Shown here: positions 9,469-21,870 of the stretch, one piece after another
Position numbering within the stretch: position 1 is the stretch's first letter
Layout of the letters: every line of letters starts with the position of its first letter
NCBI GenBank assembly: GCA_041538025.1
Contig: JBGOEV010000007.1
Coordinates: 1,891-65,890, forward strand
Direction: 5' to 3'
DNA: 64,000 nt
From: Candidatus Thermosaccharophagus gerlachensis
GTDB taxonomy: Bacteria > Armatimonadota > Fervidibacteria > Fervidibacterales > Thermosaccharophagaceae
The notes under the pieces: generated by a model
Told to the model about the DNA's origin: nothing
The model's input: the letters and a program-made list of their open reading frames with translations, nothing else
Databases searched by the model: none
Position numbers and translations under genes: made by a program

Positions 9469-10650
9469 TCACCATCTTAAGTTTATGAGATAAACCTGCC
9501 TTGTGCCCTCATGAGTTGAATTGAAGACGATCATATCCCCATTGGGAGACCAACAGGGATGCAAATCGCATCTCCAGTATCCGGGGATTTGAGGGTTGTA
9601 AAACCTTGGAGGTTCATAGAAGTTCCCAAGAGATAAGACGGCATTCGTCTCCATATCCATCAAAAATAAGCTTTGATTCCCCAACGCATCCCGATACCTA
9701 TCCATAACCATCCATTTCCCATCAGGAGAAAACGTTCCATGCCCATCGTGGTCCAAAAGCCCTTTCCCAAGGACTTCGTAATCGCCTTTGCCATCCGTAA
9801 AAAGAATTGGGCACCACTTTTTGCCCTCATATCGCGCAGTTACCATCAGCTTATCAGCTGTGAGCCAATCAAAATGAGAGCCTGACCATTCCCAAGGAGA
9901 GGGGAAACAAGCTCGCAGTTCCTTCCCATCGGAACCAACCGTCATTGAAGCTGTGTGAAACCCTCCTCCTTTTCTCTGAACTCTCGCTAAAAAGAATATC
10001 CTTTTTCCGTCCTTGCTAAACAAGGTGTGCTCAAAACGCATTAAAGGTCGGGAATCAATATCTTCTGGCAAGCCGAGAAACTCCTTTACCTCATAAATTG
10101 AAAGAATTAGCTCAGATTTCCCGCTCTCTAAGTCTACTACGAAAAGACCATCATCCTCAGGATAAGGGTCATCCACCTTTGGGTCTTCTCCATCCCCATC
10201 ATACCCATAATCCGGTCTTGCAAGACGAAGCCGAGCATAGTTGATGCTCAAAGCCATTTTCTTCTCTGGGAAAACTGCACTAATTGGTCGGGGAATTATC
10301 TTTTCCTTCCCCGAAGCGATATCTTTGATAATTGAGACGAACTTCCCTTCCCTTGCATCGTTGAAGACGATTTTATTTTCGTCCAACCAATGCGCCATAC
10401 ATCCCTGCTGGAAATTCCATGCCCGAGTTTCAGCTATCGGGATAAACTCCCTCGTTTTCAAATCAATTAATCCAAGTGTTGCTACATCTTCTCTTGTAGG
10501 GAGACGATCTTGGACGGTTGTCTCCAAAATTGCTACATACTGTTGGGTTTTATTGAACGGGGATATCCCGTAATAAGTTGCGTGGAGATGTTCCTTCGTT
10601 TTATCCGTTATTCTCGCCACAGTTATTTCTGGAAAAGCAACTGTCGGCAT
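9469..10650 (-). CDS. cytoplasmic beta-propeller protein, oligogalacturonide-lyase-like / TolB-like
   Basis: ORF 9469..10656 (TTG). ATG 10650 has SD GAAGGGG. No signal peptide. The C-terminus DLHPCWSPNGDMIVFNSTHEGTRQVYLINL and overall length resemble PL22 Ogl-type propellers, from memory only. Confidence 0.35.
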   Translation of the reverse strand: MPTVAFPEITVARITDKTKEHLHATYYGISPFNKTQQYVAILETTVQDRLPTREDVATLGLIDLKTREFIPIAETRAWNFQQGCMAHWLDENKIVFNDAREGKFVSIIKDIASGKEKIIPRPISAVFPEKKMALSINYARLRLARPDYGYDGDGEDPKVDDPYPEDDGLFVVDLESGKSELILSIYEVKEFLGLPEDIDSRPLMRFEHTLFSKDGKRIFFLARVQRKGGGFHTASMTVGSDGKELRACFPSPWEWSGSHFDWLTADKLMVTARYEGKKWCPILFTDGKGDYEVLGKGLLDHDGHGTFSPDGKWMVMDRYRDALGNQSLFLMDMETNAVLSLGNFYEPPRFYNPQIPGYWRCDLHPCWSPNGDMIVFNSTHEGTRQVYLINLRW

Positions 10651-10673
10651 TCCCAATACCCCTTCTAAGCTGG

Positions 10674-11426
10674 CTATTTAACTGCAAAAATCTCCCTCAG
10701 ACCTTTCACCACCTGATAATATCTCTCCACTTCCTCCTCTCCTAACACCCCTTGCAAGATCAAAATCTCGTCAAAGTATACTGCTTCTCCGTAGGGTGCG
10801 AGGGAGAGTGAGTTTATGTTATCTTCCTCCCTTAAACCACGAGTTAAGATCCATTTTCCCACCTTTTTCCCATCCTGATAAAGAGTTATCTCCCTACCAC
10901 AGGAGAAAGAAACAATCGTGTTATGCCAAACCCCTCCCCTTAAATCCATCGTCTTCATTACATCAAAGTCGTATATCCCGTTGATGTTTTTGACACCCGG
11001 AAAATGGTAAACTTGGAAAACGGCAGCTGGCTTGGCGAGCGCACACCAAGTATCATTGCCTCCTCCTCTGACAAAACAAGAGATAAAACCTTTGCCATTG
11101 AGTGAGAAAATAACGAAAATATGACCTACCTTATGGTCCTCTTTTAGTGCCCACCAAAGCGAAATCGTCAATAGTTTGTGAGGAGAAAGGAAAGGAGAAC
11201 GCAAGACGAAACTTCTCCTATTTTGACTAAGACATCCTTTCCCAATGAAGCCTTCCGATGATAAAAAAGGAAGATGCTCATCCATTCTTACAAGGTTTAT
11301 CTTCGCTTTTCCATCCTCGCTTTCAAAGTCGTTATAATAAATGACTGCTTTCTCCCTCCCTTCTGGGAAGATGCCAGAGAAAAGTATAGGGGCAAAAAGA
11401 AAGCCAAAAACTAGAATCCTTTCCAT
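10674..11426 (-). CDS. secreted LamG/concanavalin-A-like lectin-fold protein
   Basis: ORF 10674..11435 (GTG). ATG 11426 with AGGTGA SD gives signal peptide MERILVFGFLFAPILFSG. WHNTIVSFSCGREITLYQDGKKVG and VYFDEILILQGVLGEEEV are typical LamG-domain endings. Confidence 0.55.
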   Translation of the reverse strand: MERILVFGFLFAPILFSGIFPEGREKAVIYYNDFESEDGKAKINLVRMDEHLPFLSSEGFIGKGCLSQNRRSFVLRSPFLSPHKLLTISLWWALKEDHKVGHIFVIFSLNGKGFISCFVRGGGNDTWCALAKPAAVFQVYHFPGVKNINGIYDFDVMKTMDLRGGVWHNTIVSFSCGREITLYQDGKKVGKWILTRGLREEDNINSLSLAPYGEAVYFDEILILQGVLGEEEVERYYQVVKGLREIFAVK

Positions 11427-11441
11427 GCTTATCACCTACTC

Positions 11442-14400
11442 TTACTCACTTGGAAGGAGACGAAAGACCTTTAAATCGTGTTTTTTCAGGATGAACCTTA
11501 TAGTATTGTTCACCACTTTCAACTCCTCACCAGTATCAATGTCAATGACTTTATAGCTCTTAAATCCGAGTATATCGGGCTTTATATGAACAATTGCTTC
11601 CTCATCCTTGGACGAATAGGAAGTTATTGCATAAAGTGCCTCCTTGCCAGGAAGGGAGTAGGTGATGCCGGGCAAGTCTGGATTCTCTGCATATATTGGT
11701 TGCTCCCTTTCATCCCAGTATCTGTAAGCCACCATTCCCTTTTCTTCAGCAAGTTTTAGGAATGGTTCTCTGTATTTTTGCCAAAGCTTGCCAAGCTCTG
11801 GCACCCATGTTGCCACAGGACCTAACAAGTCATGGACGAGGGTGACAGCAATATAGGTCTTCTGAATCCAAGGGTCATTTGCCTGTGGACCATGGTCACT
11901 TAGAAGCACTGGCCAAGTGCCGGCTAATTCGCCCGTGGAAACGAGAAGAATGTATTTTCTTGGGAATCTATTGTGCACATCCCCTTCCGAGTAGCGCCAC
12001 TCCCAGTCGTATTGAACGGTGGCGAAGGAATAAAGAGGAAGGATTTGCGTGCTCGTGTTATGGACCATAACAATCGGTTCCATTCCTCTTTCGTTCATGA
12101 AGGTAAATATTCGCTTCTGGAACTCCCTCAATTGCCAAACGCCTGTTGAGGGCATAATCGTGCCATCTTCTTTCTCGTAAGCACCTGTCATCATCGTGTT
12201 AAAGCTGGGGATGAAGAAGTAATTATCGTGGTAAACCCCCTTATTGTTGGCTATTTCAAACGATTTGCCAAACCAGTATAGGGCATAGTCAATATACGAT
12301 TCAGAGGGAACAATTTGAATCTCATAAATTGCATTTTGACCGCGGTATGGATTGTAATTGTTGAGGCACCATTCATCCATAAAAGTTTGGAATTCCTCAC
12401 AAGCTGCATAGGAGGCACGATTATAGTAAAAAACCATGGTTGTCTTGTATCTTGAGCGAAGATTATAGCGGACATGAGCAATAAAACTATTGGTTCTTCC
12501 ATAAGGCTCAAAATATTTCTTCCCCCTTTGGATTACTTCCTCAATCTCATGGTCGGAAAGCTTCCTTTTGTTTCCTTCAGCAAGCATCTTCCAAAGATAC
12601 ATATCTTTTCCTGCTGGATAGACTGAGCCACAATCGCCAAGGGCAAACCAGTTTATATCGGTGCCCAAAAGGGAGAATCTCTCCTTAAACCATCTGTAAC
12701 GCCAACCAGCAAGTCTTGGCTTGACGGGAGCTGCCAATATGCCGAATGTGATTGTTCTGGGCTTGTCTATCACGATTGGCTTATTTATCAGGTTGACTTG
12801 CAATTTTAGGACATTCCCTTCCCTTACAAGCTGAAGATTCGGCTTTTGCGGATCCCAACTCCAACCTTTGTCGTTCTCAGCAAACCAGCAGATCCCCCTT
12901 GTCGGATTGCCAAGGAAAATGTAAGTGCAGAAATTAGGTGGAAAGGTAGATGTCATAAGCTTAGTTGCGTCCCAAACAACACCCTGCCCTTCAGGAACAT
13001 AATCGGTCAAGATGACGCTCCTTATCCCATCTGCCATCGCATGCATCATCCTTGCCATGTTATCCTTTAGAGGGATCTCCAAGATGAGCGAATCTACCCT
13101 CTTAGCAGTTGGCAAAAGCGTTAAATCAACCCTTAAAGTGCCATCGTAATCAAGAGTGGATTTAGATTCGGCTTTCAAATCGCCGAGGGAAAAACTTGCC
13201 CGCATTATCGCCCTGTCATCTGCTTTTTCTTTGAATGAAAGCTTCCCCTTAGTGGTGAAAAATTCCTTTCCCTCAACCACTGCTCGGTAGATCATGGGGG
13301 ACGCAAGGAGCTCCTTCTTGATCCTCAGCTCCTGATCTTCCGTTTTTACCGAGGAAAGAAGCCCCCAATCGTTTGCCTCGTATTCCTTCATTACGGTGAA
13401 AAGTTTCCTGCCTTGAACCTTTATTGGGGTAAAAGGGGGATAAACTTTCCTGCTCTTCCCAAAATTCTTGTGCTCCCATTCAGGGAAAACTTTCCTCTCA
13501 AATCTTTTGATGATTTCGCCTGAAGGAATGTTTTCTCCTTCAGCTTTAGCGGATATTATGTATTTGCCAGAAAGAGGAGGAAGGTCAAAAACTTTTTCAC
13601 ATTTTCCACCTTTAAACTCCTCGCTGTTTATCCTCACCTCTTTGACGATTTTCCCGTTCGGTTTATCCTCCCTTACTTGAAAGCGCAAAGCCTTCAATTT
13701 GGCTCCCTCGGGCAGGGCAGTTATGTCAGCAAGGATGCGCATTTTGTTCAAGTAAGGGTAGTAGGAAAAGAGGAAGTCTATGGGAGGTTTGGCTCTCTCT
13801 GGAGTAGTTATCCACTTCACCTCACTGCTTGCCCTTTTCCAACGGTAACTCCTTGAGTAGTAAATCACTTTTTCATCAGGCGAAGAAACATACACGTTGA
13901 GTTGGAACTTTTCTGACACTGTGTCCTTGAGGGCGATTCCGAAGCTTTTGCTCGTGTGCGGGGCTAAGCTTACTCTTTCCTCCTTAACATCCTCTTGAGA
14001 GTCCCTTTTTACGGAAATTTTTATCCTTACATCCAAAGATTTGTGGGTAGGATTAAGCACATCCAGCGAACAATTGATCTCGCCAAATATTGGGTCAGTC
14101 CTATGGCTGAATTTCGTGACGAGGCAATCATCTCTGCTAAATTTGAAGAGGATATCCCTTTGGGGATTATAACCGTTGTTTCCCAAACAAGACCACGCCC
14201 AAGGTTGCTTGAAATCCCGGCAAAGGTTAATTGCCCATATTCCTTCACTTGCTTTTCTATTTTTAGCGATGCTCTCAATGGGGATCTCAATTTCACAGTG
14301 CCAGAAGCCGTTATGAAATCCATTGGCAATTTTGAAATTTCCTCTCCATCCATAGTAAGCTTGAGTAGGGACTTCCCCTCTTGGATGAGCAAGATAATAG

Positions 14401-14846
14401 GCATACCCAAGAGAATTGCAAAGCATCTGATAAACAATTCCGTTTTCCTCTTGTGGGTTAGGGTCAATCCAGACTTCAACAGCATCGTCAAAAACGATTT
14501 TCTCTATATTCCCTTTCACCTGAGCAAGTATTTTTCCTTCTTTGGGCAGTTCTGAGACAATAGCACAGTAGATTTTATCTTCGGTTGCCCCCACATAACC
14601 TATTGCCCTTCTCGGCTCAAGAACACCATTGAAGGAAAATCCATCAAACCTCACCGAAAAGTGCCATTCACTATCATCAACATAGCCGTCTATTTTAGGA
14701 GGTTGAGGTGCAAGTGGAAGACAGTAAAAATCACCAGCGAAGAGTGATCTGCAAGCCAAAAGGAGGCATAGGAAGCCAAACAGCCTTACCAGTGTTTCCC
14801 TTGCTGTGGATAAGCCCCATGCCCCTTCGCCAAAGAAACTACACAT
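11442..14846 (-). CDS. large secreted protein (1134 aa) with CBM9/DOMON-like N-terminus; possible GH123/DUF4091-like C-terminal region
   Basis: ATG 14846 preceded by AAGGGGGA-N6. Signal-like LVRLFGFLCLLLACRSLFA. The PPKIDGYVDDSEWHF motif is typical of CBM9-like modules. The rest is unassigned. Confidence 0.4.
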   Translation of the reverse strand: MCSFFGEGAWGLSTARETLVRLFGFLCLLLACRSLFAGDFYCLPLAPQPPKIDGYVDDSEWHFSVRFDGFSFNGVLEPRRAIGYVGATEDKIYCAIVSELPKEGKILAQVKGNIEKIVFDDAVEVWIDPNPQEENGIVYQMLCNSLGYAYYLAHPRGEVPTQAYYGWRGNFKIANGFHNGFWHCEIEIPIESIAKNRKASEGIWAINLCRDFKQPWAWSCLGNNGYNPQRDILFKFSRDDCLVTKFSHRTDPIFGEINCSLDVLNPTHKSLDVRIKISVKRDSQEDVKEERVSLAPHTSKSFGIALKDTVSEKFQLNVYVSSPDEKVIYYSRSYRWKRASSEVKWITTPERAKPPIDFLFSYYPYLNKMRILADITALPEGAKLKALRFQVREDKPNGKIVKEVRINSEEFKGGKCEKVFDLPPLSGKYIISAKAEGENIPSGEIIKRFERKVFPEWEHKNFGKSRKVYPPFTPIKVQGRKLFTVMKEYEANDWGLLSSVKTEDQELRIKKELLASPMIYRAVVEGKEFFTTKGKLSFKEKADDRAIMRASFSLGDLKAESKSTLDYDGTLRVDLTLLPTAKRVDSLILEIPLKDNMARMMHAMADGIRSVILTDYVPEGQGVVWDATKLMTSTFPPNFCTYIFLGNPTRGICWFAENDKGWSWDPQKPNLQLVREGNVLKLQVNLINKPIVIDKPRTITFGILAAPVKPRLAGWRYRWFKERFSLLGTDINWFALGDCGSVYPAGKDMYLWKMLAEGNKRKLSDHEIEEVIQRGKKYFEPYGRTNSFIAHVRYNLRSRYKTTMVFYYNRASYAACEEFQTFMDEWCLNNYNPYRGQNAIYEIQIVPSESYIDYALYWFGKSFEIANNKGVYHDNYFFIPSFNTMMTGAYEKEDGTIMPSTGVWQLREFQKRIFTFMNERGMEPIVMVHNTSTQILPLYSFATVQYDWEWRYSEGDVHNRFPRKYILLVSTGELAGTWPVLLSDHGPQANDPWIQKTYIAVTLVHDLLGPVATWVPELGKLWQKYREPFLKLAEEKGMVAYRYWDEREQPIYAENPDLPGITYSLPGKEALYAITSYSSKDEEAIVHIKPDILGFKSYKVIDIDTGEELKVVNNTIRFILKKHDLKVFRLLPSE

Positions 14847-14903
14847 GCAAGATCCCCCTTACACCTTTCGTTTGCATCCTACCACTGCCACATCCACCAT
14901 ACA

Positions 14904-14932
14904 ATTATAACACGGTATTGGGAGAGGCGCAA
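14904..14932 (-). promoter_or_regulatory. candidate sigma70-type promoter for the 14846->680 gene cluster
   Basis: Minus-strand TTGCGC-N17-TATAAT (TATAAT = complement of 14904-14909), about 55 nt upstream of ATG 14846. Confidence 0.35.
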
Positions 14933-15162
14933 CGGTCTAAAAGGGGTGCCGAGGAAAATAAGAAAGGGGTGAAGAGGTATCACAAAGGTCACTGAGGGGG
15001 GTATCCACTTCGACACATCTAAAAATGTCATCAGAGGCTTTTTAGGGATGCAGGGGATAGCTTCAGGGGTTCAACTAACAAGCAAACACTTTTTGGTTTT
15101 TGCGCTGTTACGCAAACAATTGTAGCAGCAGTAGAGACAGTGGGAGGAATTACAGAAGAAGT

Positions 15163-18321
<3,159 letters not shown>

Positions 18322-18424
18322 TATATTATCGCACTTGTTTCCTCCCACCGCTCTACTTCTGCGCATCAGCAGCCTCATCAGCTACCGATGCCAGACATCT
18401 ATTTAGTTTTGAGTAAATTGTGGT

Positions 18425-18500
18425 TGGTGGACCTGAGCGGACTTGAACCGCTGCCCTCCTGCGTGCAAAGCAGGCGCTCTCCCAACTGAGCTACAGGCCC
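18425..18500 (-). tRNA. tRNA-Ala (UGC), CCA encoded
   Basis: Reverse complement GGGCCTGTAGCTCAGTTGGGAGAGCGCCTGCTTTGCACGCAGGAGGGCAGCGGTTCAAGTCCGCTCAGGTCCACCA. Full cloverleaf, with the G3:U70 alanine identity pair. Confidence 0.95.
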
Positions 18501-18638
18501 ATCTACCTTCGCTGAAATGGGGTGAGCCATTGCTTCGTTTGTTGGTTCAACTTCTGCTGTAATTGGTGGAGTTCCAACGTTTCCCACCATTTGCTGCGAC
18601 TTGGCTCACCCCAAAAATTTTCACCTCTACTTACCATG

Positions 18639-18712
18639 TGGGCCTGCGTGGACTCGAACCACGGACCTCGCCCTTATCAGGGGCGCGCTCTAACCACCTG
18701 AGCTACAGGCCC
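18639..18712 (-). tRNA. tRNA-Ile (GAU), CCA not encoded
   Basis: Reverse complement GGGCCTGTAGCTCAGGTGGTTAGAGCGCGCCCCTGATAAGGGCGAGGTCCGTGGTTCGAGTCCACGCAGGCCCA. Anticodon loop is CTGATAA. Confidence 0.95.
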
Positions 18713-18825
18713 AGATGTAAAACGCCCCTCATATTACACAAAAATTCGTGGAGAGGAGGCAGAAGGGGAAAGCTGTTGGAGCTAATTTCGGCAAGGTGCT
18801 CACGCACCATTGCCTTTAGCTCCTT

Positions 18826-20408
<1,583 letters not shown>

Positions 20409-20540
20409 GGGATGCTGACCTCAGAAGATGAGGTCAGCAAATCTGGCTCGCAAGGCGAATCACTTTATCTTGCGCTTTCCCCTCGCCTCCATCTCCACTG
20501 TTTTGTTTTCAAAGGTTCATTCGCATCGTGCCACTTCTTT

Positions 20541-20569
20541 ATTATGCCACACTCACCTACCATTGTAAA
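20541..20569 (-). promoter_or_regulatory. rRNA operon promoter P1 (proximal)
   Basis: Minus-strand TTTACA (20569-20564)-N17-CATAAT (20546-20541), about 130 nt upstream of the 16S 5' end. Confidence 0.55.
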
Positions 20570-20609
20570 CCTCAACCACTACTTCAACCTCCGCCAGTGC
20601 CGTTCACCT

Positions 20610-20638
20610 ATTATAGCGCGCTATTCACTCCATGTAAA
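20610..20638 (-). promoter_or_regulatory. rRNA operon promoter P2 (middle)
   Basis: Minus-strand TTTACA (20638-20633)-N17-TATAAT (20615-20610). Perfect -10 and exact 17-nt spacer. Confidence 0.65.
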
Positions 20639-20699
20639 ATGCTTGCCACTCCACTTCGCTTATTCTTGAGTGAAGGTTCATCCTCACACGCAGTATCGT

Positions 20700-20728
20700 A
20701 TTTTATCGCGCGAAGCTCAATGTGTAAA
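20700..20728 (-). promoter_or_regulatory. rRNA operon promoter P3 (distal)
   Basis: Minus-strand TTTACA (20728-20723)-N17-TAAAAT (20705-20700). Confidence 0.55.
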
Positions 20729-20964
20729 GAGATCCTGCCAGCTGGATCAGAGTGTTAGCTTCGTGTTACTTTTCAATTTAATCGTAACACCAAGTAACGA
20801 TATAGCCCTGCTGATCTGCAACGACAACCCCTCGGCTGTCATAATTGAGCTAACGAGACATAATTTGATTAACGGTATCAACGGCACTGCGTTATGGGTT
20901 TGGAAGCTAAAGCATGTCCTTAGTGGATACAACACTAACCTTACTGGAGTGGAGGTGTCGCAGA

Positions 20965-21807
20965 ATGCCGAGAAGGAAGTGGTCAAGGGAGAGGATAATT
21001 GAAGAGATACGAAAGCTCGCTGAAGAAGGTCACCCACTCAACATATCCAAAGTTAGGAAGGATTTCTCCTCCCTCGTCTCAATCGCGTGCTCAAAGAAAT
21101 ACTTTGGGAGTTGGAGAGCAGCCGTTGAAGCTGCCGGGATAAACTACAACGATGTTATCAAGGCACACAAATGGACGAAGGAAGAAATCATTGAGAAGAT
21201 AAGGAACTTGCATTCAAAGGGTGAAGATCTACGCCCTAAGGCTCTCAGTAAGGACAAGGAGAAGGCAGCCTTACTCAGTGCTGCAAGAGATCCGCGCTAC
21301 TTTGGGAGCTGGAGGGCAGCTGTTGAAGCTGCCGGGATAAACTATGATGAAATTGCAAAGCAGATGCGCGAACGCGAAGTCGAACAGATAAAGGAAGGCA
21401 TCCTTAAAGAGATACGACAGCTATACGAAGAGAAGGGACCTGAGGAAATAAAAAGCGCTTGGAAGAATCATCCCAAGCTCTTTAGGAAGGCAAGGCATCG
21501 TTTTGGGAGCTGGCAAAAAGCTGTTGAGGCTGCAGGACTTAACTACACTGAGATAGTTAAGAGACGCAAGTGGACGAAGGAAGACATCATAGAGGCGATA
21601 AGGAAGTTATACTCGGAAGGAAAGGATCTGAGGATAAGTGCAATTCAGAAGGAAGCCCCAGCGTTGCTTGCAAGCGCTCAATCAAAATCACACTTTGGGA
21701 GTTGGAGGGCAGCTGTTGAAGCTGCTGGGATAAACTACGATGAAATCGTAAGGAGGAAGCCCACAAAGACTGTAGCAGAAACGGAACAAAGCAGCGGTGA
21801 TAATTGA
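20965..21807 (+). CDS. tandem-repeat protein: four ~65-aa repeats each ending (Y/R/H)FGSW(R/Q)(A/K)AVEAAG(I/L)NY; resembles homing-endonuclease-associated (HNH_repeat-like) helical repeats, with no nuclease domain
   Basis: ORF 20914..21807. ATG 20965 follows GGAGGTG-N7. Repeat cores TTTGGGAG... sit at 21103, 21301, 21502 and 21694 (spacing 198/201/192 nt), each preceded by a KW(S/T)KE(E/D)IIE-IR-L segment. Confidence 0.5.
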   Translation: MPRRKWSRERIIEEIRKLAEEGHPLNISKVRKDFSSLVSIACSKKYFGSWRAAVEAAGINYNDVIKAHKWTKEEIIEKIRNLHSKGEDLRPKALSKDKEKAALLSAARDPRYFGSWRAAVEAAGINYDEIAKQMREREVEQIKEGILKEIRQLYEEKGPEEIKSAWKNHPKLFRKARHRFGSWQKAVEAAGLNYTEIVKRRKWTKEDIIEAIRKLYSEGKDLRISAIQKEAPALLASAQSKSHFGSWRAAVEAAGINYDEIVRRKPTKTVAETEQSSGDN

Positions 21808-21870
21808 AACCCGTTAAAGGAGAGAGCTTGATCAAGGTAAACGAGTCACATTGGTGGAAGGTGAGCCATA

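Noticed and set aside
15095-15118. Hairpin TTTGCG-taacag-CGCAAA as the rRNA operon terminator
   Set aside because: On the transcribed (minus) strand it is followed by AAACCAAAAAG, not a U-tract. The stem is only 6 bp.
14847-15162. Search for a 5S rRNA gene downstream of 23S
   Set aside because: No segment on either strand resembles the conserved 5S loop/helix sequences. The absence is reported as a finding rather than as a feature.
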